This document shows positions 27,685-37,847 of a stretch of DNA of 64,000 nucleotides, one piece after another. The position numbers were made by a program, and so were the translations under genes. How positions within the stretch are numbered: position 1 is the stretch's first letter; each line of letters begins with the position of its first letter. The DNA is from Patescibacteria group bacterium (lineage in GTDB: Bacteria > Patescibacteriota > Patescibacteriia > Patescibacteriales > JAQTRU01), in assembly GCA_041645555.1 (NCBI GenBank), contig JBAZPX010000001.1, positions 127,479 to 191,478 of the forward strand, given 5' to 3'. Under the pieces are notes generated by a model, which made no database searches, was not told the origin of the DNA, and saw nothing but the letters and a program-made list of their open reading frames with translations.

Positions 27685-27960
27685 ATGAAAATTATAAAAT
27701 CAAAAAAGCCGGAATTGATTGCGCCGGCCCTCCTTCGTCCCAAGTACTCGGGACTTCGGAAGGGCTACTACTGTGCGACTTAATAATAAATATAAAATGG
27801 CAAATAATATTAAAACAAAACTGGAGCTAATTGCGCCGGCCCGCCTTCTCCGCCAGCGGGCGGATTCGGCGAGGCACTTGCTATGCAAATTAATAGTAAA
27901 TACAAAATGAGAAATAATACTAAAATAAAACCCGAGCTAATTGCGCCGGCCGGGAATTTG
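27685..27960 (+). repeat. about 111-nt tandem repeat (2.4 units). Each unit is a 45-nt copy of the U32 peptidase 5' coding end plus a 65-67-nt GC-rich hairpin element.
   Basis: Three copies of ATG-...-gagctaattgcgccggcc (M-x4-K-x-K-x-ELIAPA) at 27685, 27797 and 27907. The spacers 27730-27796 and 27842-27906 are reverse-orientation relatives of the secA-tail element. Confidence 0.8.
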
Positions 27961-29160
27961 GAAAAAATGAAAACCGCTTTTGCTTTCGGAGCGGACGCGG
28001 TTTATTTAGGCATACCGGATTTTTCTTTACGCGTCCGGGTTAATGATTTTACTTTAGCCGGAATCGCTAAGGCCGTAGAATATGCCCACGGGGTTAGAAA
28101 AAAAGTTTACGCGACAGTTAATATCTTTGCCCATAACAAGCATTTGAAAAAATTGCCTGGCCACATAAGAGAATTAAGAAAAATAGGGGTTGACGGTTTG
28201 TTTATTTCCGACCCGGCAGTTTTATTTGAGGTAAAAAGAATCTGGCCTAAAGCAAAAATTATTTTAAGTACGCAAGCTAATTGCACGAACTGGCAAGCGG
28301 CTAAATTTTGGCTTAAAGAGGGAGTAAAAAGAATAATCTTAAGCAGAGAGTTAAGTCTAGAGGAAATAAAAGAAATAAAAAAACGAGTGCCGAAACTGGA
28401 ATTAGAGTGTTTTATCCACGGGGCCTTGTGTACGGCTTATTCCGGCCGGTGCTTTCTTTCAAAATATTTTAATGACCGGAATGCCAACTTAGGCGACTGT
28501 TCCCAGCCCTGCCGCTGGAATTATTTTATATCCGCAGAAAATCACGAAACTTTAGAACTGGTGGAAGAAAAGCACGGCAGTTATCTTTTGAATTCTAAAG
28601 ATTTGTGTTTAGTTAAAAAGGTTCCGGAATTGATTAAGGCAGGCATAAGCGCTTTCAAAATTGAAGGCCGGGCTAAGAGCGTTTATTATTTAGCCAATGT
28701 CGTCGGGGCTTATAGAAAAGCGATAGATTTGACTTCGGGAAAAATTAAAGGCGGAATATTAAAAAAGGAACTGAATTTTTTATATAAAGAACTGGAAGAA
28801 AAATTATATCACCGGGGTTATACTAAAGGCTTTATGTTCGGGGAAGGCGAGACCGCCCAGAATTTAGATAATTCGCATAAGATTCCGGAGTGGGAATTCT
28901 GCGGCCAAGTCGTTAGTCAATTTTCAAATGTCAAAGGTCAATTGTCAATCAAAGTACATAATACGATGAGGGTTGGAGACGAGATAGAGATTATCCGACC
29001 GAGTTATGATATAATAAGATTAAAGCTGAAAAAGATGATAAATGCAGAAAATGGCAAGGAAATAGCCGAAGCGCATGGGGGAGGAAGCGAGGATGTGGTG
29101 TTTTTGGAAATAAAACAAGATGTGCCGGAGTATAGCGTGGCGCGAAGACGCATGACTTAA
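27907..29160 (+). CDS. peptidase U32 family protein
   Basis: ELIAPAGNLEKMKTAFAFGADAVYLG and the E..GRAKSVYYLANVVGAYRKAID U32 signature. Start placed at the third tandem copy (27907); the ORF track starts at 27883. Confidence 0.8.
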   Translation: MRNNTKIKPELIAPAGNLEKMKTAFAFGADAVYLGIPDFSLRVRVNDFTLAGIAKAVEYAHGVRKKVYATVNIFAHNKHLKKLPGHIRELRKIGVDGLFISDPAVLFEVKRIWPKAKIILSTQANCTNWQAAKFWLKEGVKRIILSRELSLEEIKEIKKRVPKLELECFIHGALCTAYSGRCFLSKYFNDRNANLGDCSQPCRWNYFISAENHETLELVEEKHGSYLLNSKDLCLVKKVPELIKAGISAFKIEGRAKSVYYLANVVGAYRKAIDLTSGKIKGGILKKELNFLYKELEEKLYHRGYTKGFMFGEGETAQNLDNSHKIPEWEFCGQVVSQFSNVKGQLSIKVHNTMRVGDEIEIIRPSYDIIRLKLKKMINAENGKEIAEAHGGGSEDVVFLEIKQDVPEYSVARRRMT

Positions 29161-29295
29161 ATAATTTTCAATTTCTAATTTTAAATTTTCAAACAATTTT
29201 TATTTTTTTTATTTTTAATTATTTGTTGCTAAGTTTAGAAATTGTAAAATTAGGTCATTGAAAATTGTTTAGAAATTAAAAATTGAAAATTAATC
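29161..29295. repeat. AT-rich palindromic intergenic element (aattttcaattttaaattttcaa subfamily)
   Basis: attttcaatttctaattttaaattttcaaacaat ... attgtttagaaattaaaaattgaaaatt. Confidence 0.7.
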
Positions 29296-29299
29296 AAAT

Positions 29300-29881
29300 A
29301 TGATTTCATACTTAAAAGGAAAAATTTTATCTAAGGGGCAAAATTTCGCGATTGTAGAAGTTAGCAATGTCGGCTATAAAGTTTTCCTTAATCCGACTGT
29401 TTTGATTAAACTGGAAAACGGAAAAGAGACAGAATTTTACACCTACCAGTATGTGCGGGAAGACGCCTTGGATTTATACGGATTTAAAAATCCGGAAGAA
29501 TTAGAATTTTTTGAATTGCTTCTTTCCATTTCCGGAATCGGGCCGAAATCAGCTTCGGGGGTTTTAGCTACGGCCAGCGTCGCTAATATTAAGGAATCAA
29601 TTTCCCGCGGCGACCCTTCTCTTTTAACTAAAGTTTCCGGCATTGGCCGGAAAACCGCGGAAAGAGTCGTGCTCGAATTAAGGGAGAAAATTGACCGCTT
29701 GTCTTACGCCGGCAAGGCTAAAGGGGGCGACGGGGCAGCGATAAGCGGAGAAGAGATAGACGCTTTGATGGCTTTAGGTTATTCTATGTCGCAGGCGCGG
29801 GAAGCTCTAGGGAAGGTAGACGCAAAAGTTAAAGATAGCGGAGAAAGAATCAGACAGGCTTTGAAGAAGATGGGAAGATAA
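29300..29881 (+). CDS. ruvA: Holliday junction branch migration protein RuvA
   Basis: Full-length RuvA pattern: IGYKVF, HhH motifs SISGIGPKSA / VSGIGRKTAER, C-terminal domain III. Confidence 0.9.
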   Translation: MISYLKGKILSKGQNFAIVEVSNVGYKVFLNPTVLIKLENGKETEFYTYQYVREDALDLYGFKNPEELEFFELLLSISGIGPKSASGVLATASVANIKESISRGDPSLLTKVSGIGRKTAERVVLELREKIDRLSYAGKAKGGDGAAISGEEIDALMALGYSMSQAREALGKVDAKVKDSGERIRQALKKMGR

Positions 29882-30142
29882 TTAATTTCAGATTTAAGAA
29901 GAGGTTAAATTTTTGAAAAAACTATCGGAATCGACCGGTGGTTTTTTCTTTTTGACCCCACACCACAAAGGGTGCGGGGCGAGATGAAGCAATGTGGAAT
30001 TTAAAGTTTTAAGACAAGCTATGCGTTTGGTATATTGGATGTACCTGATTTTTGACAAGAAGGCGATTTTAAGATAAAATAACTGTATATAAATGAGTCT
30101 TAAAAATAGTGCTGTATAAAACTTTTATACAGATATAATCAT

Positions 30143-31393
30143 ATGCTTCAATCCAAACTTTTTACTAAAACCATAAAAGAGTTGCCTAAGGACGAAACCA
30201 GTTTTAATGCCAAAGAATTAATTAGGGCCGGCTTTATTGATAAGGTGGCGGCCGGAGTTTATTCGTTTCTGCCTTTGGGCTTACGCGTCCACAATAAAAT
30301 CTGCCGGATCATCAGGCAGGAAATGGACGCTATCGGCGGGCAGGAAATTTTAATGCCGGCTTTAATCCCGAAAGAAGCCTGGGCGACAACTAACCGCTGG
30401 GAAAATTTTGACGCCTTATTCAGGTTAATCGGGGGAGATAAAAAGGAATACGGACTGGGAGCGACGCACGAGGAAGTCGTAACGCCCTTGGTAAAAAAAT
30501 TTGTTTTTTCCTATAAAGACCTGCCGACCGCCGTTTACCAGATTCAGACTAAATTCAGGAATGAGCTTCGCGCTAAAGCCGGTTTAATAAGGGGCCGGGA
30601 GTTTTCTATGAAAGATTTATATTCTTTTCATACAGACGAGAAAGATCTGGAGAAATTTTACGAAATAGTGACAGAGGCTTATTTCAAGATATTCGCTCGC
30701 TGCGGTTTGGGCAACCTTACCTATTTAACTTATGCTTTGGGCGGGACGTTCTCTAAATATTCCCACGAATTCCAAAGTTTAGCCAAAACCGGAGAAGATA
30801 CTATCCATATTTGCCAGAAATGTAAAATTGCCATAAATAAAGAGATTATCGAGGAGCAAAAAGTCTGCCCAAAATGCGGAAAAAAAGATTTTACCGAAGA
30901 GAAAGCGGTTGAAGTGGGAAATATTTTTAAACTAGGCACCCGTTTTTCTAAGCCCTTTGGTTTGCAATACATGGATGAAAAAGGCGGAAAGCAGGATGTG
31001 ATTATGGGCTGCTACGGTCTTGGCCCCAGCCGGGTGATGGGAACGGTTGTGGAGGTTTGCCACGATGAGCAAGGCATAATCTGGCCAGAAGAAATCGCGC
31101 CGTTTAAAGTCCACCTAATTGAAGTAAGAAGCAAGGAATCAAAAGTTAGAAAAGAAGCGGAAAAATTATATAATGATTTAAGAAAAAATGGAGTTGAAGT
31201 TTTGTATGATGATCGGGAAGGGGTGAGCGCAGGAGCAAAATTCGCGGAAGCGGATTTAATCGGCTGCCCGTATCGGCTGGTAGTGAGCGAGAAGACTTTG
31301 GCGAAAGATAGCGTGGAAGTGAAGAAACGGAATGAAAAAGAAGTGGAGATGGTGAAAATTAGCGAATTAGTTAATTGGTTAATTAAGGGTTAG
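30143..31393 (+). CDS. proS: proline--tRNA ligase (short form lacking the bacterial INS editing domain)
   Basis: Class II motifs: GVYSFLPLGLRVHNKICRIIRQEMDAIGGQEILMP, motif 2 FRNELRAKAGLIRGREFSMKDLYSFH. Zn ribbon CQKC...CPKCG. C-terminal anticodon-binding domain. Confidence 0.8.
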   Translation: MLQSKLFTKTIKELPKDETSFNAKELIRAGFIDKVAAGVYSFLPLGLRVHNKICRIIRQEMDAIGGQEILMPALIPKEAWATTNRWENFDALFRLIGGDKKEYGLGATHEEVVTPLVKKFVFSYKDLPTAVYQIQTKFRNELRAKAGLIRGREFSMKDLYSFHTDEKDLEKFYEIVTEAYFKIFARCGLGNLTYLTYALGGTFSKYSHEFQSLAKTGEDTIHICQKCKIAINKEIIEEQKVCPKCGKKDFTEEKAVEVGNIFKLGTRFSKPFGLQYMDEKGGKQDVIMGCYGLGPSRVMGTVVEVCHDEQGIIWPEEIAPFKVHLIEVRSKESKVRKEAEKLYNDLRKNGVEVLYDDREGVSAGAKFAEADLIGCPYRLVVSEKTLAKDSVEVKKRNEKEVEMVKISELVNWLIKG

Positions 31394-31496
31394 GATTCTT
31401 AGGACTTTTAGGATTTTTGAGATTCTTGGGAATCTCAAAAGAATTTCATAAGAATCCTAAGGATCGCAAAAATCGTAATAATCCCATAAGGAAATC

Positions 31497-32540
31497 ATGT
31501 TTAATAAAATTTTGGGAAAATTTAGCAAGGATTTGGGCATTGATTTGGGTACAAAAAACACCCTGGTTTATTCTAGCGATAAAGGCATAGTTATAAATGA
31601 GCCGTCGGTGGTGGCCGTCAACATGCGGACAGACGAGGTTTTGGCCGTCGGCGAAGAGGCGAAAAAGATGGTTGGAAAAACTCCGGCTCATATCCAGGCC
31701 ATCAAGCCTTTGATAGACGGAGTTATTTCTGATTTTGAAGTGACGGAAAAAATGCTGAAATATTTTATTGATAAAGTCCACAGCGAAAGTTTTACGCTGG
31801 CGCCGCGCCCGCGAGTCGTAATCGGCATTCCTCTAGATATTACCGAGGTGGAAAGAAAGGCGGTGGAAGACGCGGCTAAATCCGCCGGCGCCCGCCAGGT
31901 TTTTTTAGTGGAAGAATCTATGGCCGCGGCGATAGGCGCGCGCCTGCCGGTTCTGGAGCCGACCGCCACGATGATAGTTGATATAGGAGGCGGGACAACG
32001 GAAATCGCCGTTATTTCTTTAGCCGGGGTGGTTACCTGGAAGTCTTTAAGGCTCGCCGGCAATGAGCTTGATAATAACATCGTTGAATATATCAGGGAAG
32101 AATTTAATATTTTGGTCGGAGAACAGCTGGCGGAAGAAGTAAAAATAAAAATAGGCTCGGCCACTCCGCTAAAAACTTCCTTAGAGATGGAAGTTCGGGG
32201 GAGAGACTTGATTAACGGTTTGCCGAAAGCGGTAATTATAAATGACAGCCAGGTAAGAGAGGCAATGAGCAGAACTATAAAACAGATTGTGGATAATATA
32301 AAAATCACTCTAGAAACAACTCCGCCGGAATTAGTTTCTGATATTTATGAGCATGGGATATTTTTAACCGGAGGCGGAGCTCTTTTGCGCGGCATTGATA
32401 AAGAGATAGCCCAGCACACCAAAATTCCGGTTCGAGTGGCGGATGATCCCCTGACTTGCGTTGTGAGAGGAACAGGGATTCTTTTGTCCGATCCGGAACT
32501 TTTAGACAAGGTGGCTTTGCCGAGCAGCGAGGAGCTTTAG
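31497..32540 (+). CDS. mreB: rod shape-determining protein MreB
   Basis: Actin-like ATPase motifs DLGIDLGTKNTLVY, VIVDIGGGTTEIAVISL, IFLTGGGALLRGI. Confidence 0.9.
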   Translation: MFNKILGKFSKDLGIDLGTKNTLVYSSDKGIVINEPSVVAVNMRTDEVLAVGEEAKKMVGKTPAHIQAIKPLIDGVISDFEVTEKMLKYFIDKVHSESFTLAPRPRVVIGIPLDITEVERKAVEDAAKSAGARQVFLVEESMAAAIGARLPVLEPTATMIVDIGGGTTEIAVISLAGVVTWKSLRLAGNELDNNIVEYIREEFNILVGEQLAEEVKIKIGSATPLKTSLEMEVRGRDLINGLPKAVIINDSQVREAMSRTIKQIVDNIKITLETTPPELVSDIYEHGIFLTGGGALLRGIDKEIAQHTKIPVRVADDPLTCVVRGTGILLSDPELLDKVALPSSEEL

Positions 32541-32620
32541 ATAATACCTGCCTGCCGGTAGGCAGGAAATAATATGAAAATATGAAAATAAAATATAAAA
32601 TTTTTTATGGCAATTAATTA

Positions 32621-33034
32621 TTGTTTAACCTTGAAAATATGAAAGATAATTTTGCCGGGGTAATTATCGGGGAGAGTCTTGAAAATAAGGACATTTTAAA
32701 AAAGGTTAAAATTTTAAAAACAAAAGTTGAAAAAGTTTTAGAAAAGCATAAAACGCCATGGATAAAACAATGGACTTTGTGTACGGTTGAAATTCCGGAG
32801 AACGAGGCTAAGAAAATCGCGGAAGAAATAAGCAGGTCTTTAGATTCAGAACATAACTGGTATGCTGATTTTAAAAATAATACCCGCCATTTTATAATCT
32901 TTCGCAACAAAATTTTTAATATAGACAGGCAAAATCAAGAACAATACAACCAGGCGAAACAATACGGCATTTCTTTAGGGATACCCGAATACCAAGTTGA
33001 TTTTCATCCAGAAATAAAAGAATGGAAGAGATAA
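32621..33034 (+). CDS. hypothetical protein between mreB and mreC
   Basis: ORF only; no recognisable motif. Confidence 0.35.
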   Translation: MFNLENMKDNFAGVIIGESLENKDILKKVKILKTKVEKVLEKHKTPWIKQWTLCTVEIPENEAKKIAEEISRSLDSEHNWYADFKNNTRHFIIFRNKIFNIDRQNQEQYNQAKQYGISLGIPEYQVDFHPEIKEWKR

Positions 33035-33082
33035 TTTTTTAATATTATTTGTGAATTCGTGCAAGATTTGTGATTTGTAATT

Positions 33083-33925
33083 ATGTTAAAGATAAAAACA
33101 AAAAATAATATTTTTATATTTACGGCAGTTATCGGGCTGCTTATTTTTTTGCATTTTATTAAAGTTCTGTCTCCTCTTGAAAATATAATGGCGCGGGCAA
33201 TAAGCCCAATTGCCGGCCGTCTTTATTCCGCAAGCTCTTCTCTGCGGGTGGCGTTAAGCGAACGGACAGATAAAGAAGAACTGCTGGCTACCACAAAAGA
33301 TCTTCAAGCGGAAATAAACCAGGTGAAGGCGGAAAACGCCAGGCTTAAATCGATTGAAGAGGAAAATAAGAAGTTGCGCCAGTATTTAAAATTTTCCACA
33401 AAAAATGAATTTAATTACATTTTAACCAATGTTATTTCCCGGGGGATATTGGGTGATCCGGTTAGCGGAGGGCAAAGTTTAATTGTTGATAAGGGGGTAG
33501 CAGACGGTTTGGCTCCCGGTTTAGCCGTGGTAAATAGCGAGGGGATTGTCGCCGGCAAGATAGCTGAAGTAAAAGAGAATACGGCAAAGATTTATCTTGC
33601 TACCGACAGTAATTGCAAACTAGCCGCGGCGGTCCAGGGGAGCGAGGGCCAGCCAGGCAGCGCAAACAAAACCGTTGGCATTGCGGAAGGAGAATTGGGC
33701 CTGACCATAAGGATGAATTTTATCCCCCAGGCAGAAGAAATAAAAGTTGGCGATACAGCAGTCACCTCTGGGCTAGAGGAGAATATTCCAGCCGGCTTAG
33801 TTATAGGCAGAATAGTCGAGGTGGACAAAACCAGCAATGAAGTTTGGCAAAGGGCGACTATCGAACCTTTAATTAATTTAGATGAGTTGACAATAGTTTC
33901 GGTTTTGCGGCCGCGGGAAAATTAA
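33083..33925 (+). CDS. mreC: rod shape-determining protein MreC
   Basis: N-terminal TM, coiled coil (LQAEINQVKAENARLKSIEEENKKLRQYL), C-terminal beta-domain with GIVAGKIAEV. Positioned after mreB. Confidence 0.75.
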   Translation: MLKIKTKNNIFIFTAVIGLLIFLHFIKVLSPLENIMARAISPIAGRLYSASSSLRVALSERTDKEELLATTKDLQAEINQVKAENARLKSIEEENKKLRQYLKFSTKNEFNYILTNVISRGILGDPVSGGQSLIVDKGVADGLAPGLAVVNSEGIVAGKIAEVKENTAKIYLATDSNCKLAAAVQGSEGQPGSANKTVGIAEGELGLTIRMNFIPQAEEIKVGDTAVTSGLEENIPAGLVIGRIVEVDKTSNEVWQRATIEPLINLDELTIVSVLRPREN

Positions 33926-33935
33926 ATCTTAAGTT

Positions 33936-34475
33936 ATGTACCTAAGAATTTTTTTGAATTTTATTTTAATATACATTTTATCTGTCGCTCAGGTATCTTT
34001 CATTGCCGCCCTGCCTTTTGGAATAAGCCATTTTAATATAATATTGGTTATTCTAATTTTTATTCTTATGCTTAGCGGCTTTAAACTGTCTTTGTGGTGG
34101 GCATTAGGCGCCGGGTTTTTGTTAGACACCTATTCCTTCTTGCCTTTCGGCGTTTACTTGATTTCCTTATTTTTAGTTGTTTTACTGGCTAATTTTTTAC
34201 TAGCTAATTTTTTTACCGACCGGTCTCTCTATTCGTTTTTAGCTTTAACTTTTTTTTCCACCCTTTTTTATAGCTTTCTTTTTTATCTGCTGGCTTATTT
34301 ATTTAGTTTTCCGGAGATAAAGATAAACGTTTTGTGGGGGAAAGAGTTTTGGCTGGCTTTAGCTTATCAATTATTTTTTAATTTATTATCTGTATCCCTG
34401 CTGTTTTATATTGTTAGTTTTGCGAGCAAGAGATTAAGGCCGGTATTTTTAGAGCGGTCTTCTAATAAATTTTAA
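33936..34475 (+). CDS. mreD: rod shape-determining protein MreD (probable)
   Basis: Small polytopic membrane protein immediately after mreC. Confidence 0.5.
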   Translation: MYLRIFLNFILIYILSVAQVSFIAALPFGISHFNIILVILIFILMLSGFKLSLWWALGAGFLLDTYSFLPFGVYLISLFLVVLLANFLLANFFTDRSLYSFLALTFFSTLFYSFLFYLLAYLFSFPEIKINVLWGKEFWLALAYQLFFNLLSVSLLFYIVSFASKRLRPVFLERSSNKF

Positions 34476-34487
34476 AATAATAAAAAT

Positions 34488-35504
34488 ATGCGCTGGTTTT
34501 TAAATCGTAAAGTCGAATATTATCCCTTTGATACTTATTTGGTAGGCCGTGGCTATACCAAAGAAATGGAAAGGGATTTCGGCTGGGCTTTTAAAAACGT
34601 GTTTTTTTATTATGTCGGGGATCTTGAATACTCCTACCGGTCGATTGCCGATATGGAATCATTAAAAAAATATTACCGGAAACGGTTTAATGCCCGATTG
34701 GTGCAGAAATTCAGCTTAATGATTAAACAAAGGTCTGAAAAGATGCTTTCTATAACCAAAAAATGTTTTGGCAAAGAAACTGATTTTATCCCTTATTTAC
34801 CAAAATTATTTCAGAGCGTTTATGATTTATTAGCGGTTTTTCAATTGCCTGACTTAGCCCAATACCTAATGCCCGAAGCGGATAAGGGGTTACTCAAAAA
34901 ATTCGGGTTGTCCAGGGAAGCGGCAGTTAAAAAGCTTTTGGCCTCGGAAAAGATTTGGCGGGGGAGATTGGGCGAAAAACTTAGTTTGCCTCCAAAGCAG
35001 GCTCTAATGCTTTTGCCGCCAGAGGTTTTAAATTATGCCAGGGGCGGTTGTCTGCCTAAAGATTTTTATAAGAGAAAAAGGGCGGTTATTTTATTTTCCA
35101 AAGGTAAGGTGAAAGTTTTTTGGAATAAAAAAGCCGATGAATTCTTCCGCCGGGAAACAGGCGGAGAAAAAAAAGACATTAAGCATGAACTAGCCGGTAA
35201 TCCGGCCTATCCGGGTGTAGTTATTGGCAAGGCTTTTATTGCCTTGCGGCCCAGTGATTTTAAAAATATTCCCCAAGGAGCGATTTTAGTTTGCTCAACC
35301 ACCAGATACGATGTTGTGCCATATTTAAAGCGGGTCAGGGGGATTGTCGCTGACCAGGGCGGAATTACTTCTCATGCGGCAATCGTTTCCCGCGAATTAA
35401 AGATTCCCACTATTGTCGGGACTAAAAATGGCACCGATTGTTTTAAAACCGGGGATAAAATAAAGTTAGACGCGGAGCGGGGAATAGTTAGAATTTTAAA
35501 ATAA
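34488..35504 (+). CDS. PEP-utilising enzyme mobile-domain protein
   Basis: C-terminal GGITSHAAIVSRELKIPTIVG, the phospho-histidine swivelling domain signature. N-terminal ~230 aa uncharacterised. Confidence 0.6.
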   Translation: MRWFLNRKVEYYPFDTYLVGRGYTKEMERDFGWAFKNVFFYYVGDLEYSYRSIADMESLKKYYRKRFNARLVQKFSLMIKQRSEKMLSITKKCFGKETDFIPYLPKLFQSVYDLLAVFQLPDLAQYLMPEADKGLLKKFGLSREAAVKKLLASEKIWRGRLGEKLSLPPKQALMLLPPEVLNYARGGCLPKDFYKRKRAVILFSKGKVKVFWNKKADEFFRRETGGEKKDIKHELAGNPAYPGVVIGKAFIALRPSDFKNIPQGAILVCSTTRYDVVPYLKRVRGIVADQGGITSHAAIVSRELKIPTIVGTKNGTDCFKTGDKIKLDAERGIVRILK

Positions 35505-35535
35505 AAAAACGGCGGATGTAGAGCAATCCGCCGTG
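35503..35535 (-). terminator. bidirectional rho-independent terminator (strongest for the minus-strand gene)
   Basis: A7-cggcgga-tgtagagcaa-tccgccg. On the minus strand this is a hairpin followed by T7. Confidence 0.75.
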
Positions 35536-35556
35536 TAAAGTGCAAGAAGAATGGAG

Positions 35557-36123
35557 TTAGACTTTGTGCCCATCTTCTTTTGCGTCATCGAGAATAATGC
35601 CTATCACCATCAGTTTGGGAGTAATTTCCCCGTTGTCATAGATGGAGAGGGAATAGATAGCGCCGCTATGGCATTCTTCTGCTTCAATAAGGCCCTTAAA
35701 TACCCTGATAAGAGTGGGGCGGCCAGAAGTGATGACGGACCCATGGGGGAGACGCTTGAGAGCATCCCTAGCCGCTTGGGCAAGGTCATCGCTGGATAGG
35801 AATTTATCCGGATAATCGACAAGAGTCCCATCCGCCAGGATTACCTTTTTTTCTCCACCGATTTTGGTGAGAGTGGCTGGTCCTCCCCAGACGTCGGAGA
35901 AGAAGATGTTTTTCAGCTCGAAACCAAGGCATAGAGCAACTTCAATTTGCCGTGCTCCTGTCCCACAGAAAACTTGGCTCGGGCGACCATTCGGGAGAAG
36001 GTCTTCAAGGATGGGCCTAAGATTTCTGATCCTTGCTTTTCCCTCGTCAGTCATACCCGGGTTGGGGCCATCTGTTTTTTCCCCATGAGTCACTAAATAA
36101 ACTATTTTCACCACTTTCATCAC
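35557..36123 (-). CDS. histidine phosphatase family protein (PGAM/SixA-like)
   Basis: N-terminal LVTHGE(K) catalytic RHG-type motif and size. Confidence 0.55.
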   Translation of the reverse strand: MMKVVKIVYLVTHGEKTDGPNPGMTDEGKARIRNLRPILEDLLPNGRPSQVFCGTGARQIEVALCLGFELKNIFFSDVWGGPATLTKIGGEKKVILADGTLVDYPDKFLSSDDLAQAARDALKRLPHGSVITSGRPTLIRVFKGLIEAEECHSGAIYSLSIYDNGEITPKLMVIGIILDDAKEDGHKV

Positions 36124-36342
36124 TTCCCGCCTTTCAAAAAAGTGTGATATAATTCAGTTATAATGTACATTATTTAATATAATAAAATAGCATATATTAA
36201 TAAAAATGTCAAATCCCATATCCGCCAACTGGCGGGGGGCAAAAAAGAAAATATGAACCCCGTTAGAAATTTGGTTAGCCAGAAAAAATAACGAAGTTTT
36301 TAGTGGGGAAAAGATATTTTACAAATAAATTAAAATATTTTT

Positions 36343-37350
36343 ATGGTGAAAAAAAATAACAAAATTTCTAACGGGGCAAGATACGACATAATTACTATTG
36401 GCGGAGCCACCGAAGATATAACTTTTTATACCCGTGAAGGAATTTTAATAGACAATAAAAAGGATATTCTAAAGCAAAAGTTATTGGCTTTTGAATATGG
36501 CGCCAAAATGAAGATTGACAAGTCTTATTCCACTTTTGGCGGCGGGGCGGCTAATGCCGCGGTTAATTTATCCGGCCTAGGTTTCCGAGTGGCAAGTTTA
36601 ATCGCTATTGGCGATGACGAAAGAGGCAAAAGAGTTTTGGCTAATTTAAAAAAACGCAGAGTGGACACAAAATTGGTGCAGAAAATAAAAGGTATTGAAA
36701 CCGGCTTTTCTTTTGTTTTGATTAATCCGGAAAAAATAGTTTTTTCCAACCGAGCCGCGAATTCGGAATTAGGAATAAGGAATAAGGAATTAAGAAGCCT
36801 GAAAAATACTAAGTGGGTTTTTGTAGCTTCTTTGTCGGGAAAATGGGAAGAAATTTTAGCTAAAGTGTTTTCCGCCAAGGGATTAAAAATTGCCTGGAAC
36901 CCGGGGCATGTCCAGCTTGATAGCGGCGCGAAAAAATTAAAAAAGTTTATATCAAAAACAAATATCCTATTCGTTAATAAAGACGAAGCGATTGAACTGG
37001 TGGTATCAGACCCTAGATATAAAAATAAAAGCAACGGATTTCTAAATAATATAAAAGAGTTGCTAAAAATCATAAAATCCTGGGGTCCGGAGATTGTCGT
37101 GATAACTAGCGGTAAAGACGGGGCGGACGCTTATGATGGGCAAAAATTTTATCATCAGAATATAATAAGAGAAAAAAAACGGGTTGATACGACGGGTGTG
37201 GGCGACGCTTTTAATTCCTCTTTTATAGCCGGCTTGGAAATTTATAAAGGCGATATTGCCAAAGCCATGCATTTGGGGATAAGAAATACCGCTTCGGTTA
37301 TAGCCGAGCAGGGAGCGCAGAATGGATTACTGACGAAGAAAGATTTATAA
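36343..37350 (+). CDS. PfkB-family carbohydrate kinase
   Basis: ITIGGATEDI N-terminal motif and C-terminal VDTTGVGDAFNSSFIAGL PfkB signature. Confidence 0.8.
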   Translation: MVKKNNKISNGARYDIITIGGATEDITFYTREGILIDNKKDILKQKLLAFEYGAKMKIDKSYSTFGGGAANAAVNLSGLGFRVASLIAIGDDERGKRVLANLKKRRVDTKLVQKIKGIETGFSFVLINPEKIVFSNRAANSELGIRNKELRSLKNTKWVFVASLSGKWEEILAKVFSAKGLKIAWNPGHVQLDSGAKKLKKFISKTNILFVNKDEAIELVVSDPRYKNKSNGFLNNIKELLKIIKSWGPEIVVITSGKDGADAYDGQKFYHQNIIREKKRVDTTGVGDAFNSSFIAGLEIYKGDIAKAMHLGIRNTASVIAEQGAQNGLLTKKDL

Positions 37351-37382
37351 ATTAACCTGCCCTGCCGGCAAGGCAGGGATTT

Positions 37383-37841
37383 ATGAATATGATTGAGGGA
37401 GTTGTCATCAAAAAATTAAATAAGAATGAAGATGAACGGGGCTGGCTAACGGAAATTTTTCGGCAGGATGAAGATAATTTTTCGCCGGTGATGAGTTATG
37501 TTAGTCTGACTAAGCCGGGCATAACACGTGGGCCGCATGAGCATGTTAAGCAAGCCGACCGGTTTGTTTTTACCGGCCCGGGAGATTTCTTGCTTTATCT
37601 TTGGGATAAGCGGGAAAATTCCGGGACTAAGGGCGAAAATATAAAAATAAAAGTTGGGGCGTCAAACCCAACTTTAGTGATTGTGCCGCCCGGAGTGGTG
37701 CATGGTTATAAATGTATTTCTAACGAAGGGGGAATGAGTATTAATTTACCGGATAAATTATATAAAGGGCAGGGGAAGATCGAAGAGGCTGACGAAATAA
37801 GGTGGGAAGGCAAAGAGGATTCGCCTTATAAAATCGTATAA
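37383..37841 (+). CDS. rfbC: dTDP-4-dehydrorhamnose 3,5-epimerase-like cupin (RmlC family)
   Basis: NEDERGWLTEIFR... plus HEH/GVVHGY cupin residues. Confidence 0.65.
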   Translation: MNMIEGVVIKKLNKNEDERGWLTEIFRQDEDNFSPVMSYVSLTKPGITRGPHEHVKQADRFVFTGPGDFLLYLWDKRENSGTKGENIKIKVGASNPTLVIVPPGVVHGYKCISNEGGMSINLPDKLYKGQGKIEEADEIRWEGKEDSPYKIV

Positions 37842-37847
37842 CGCCTT

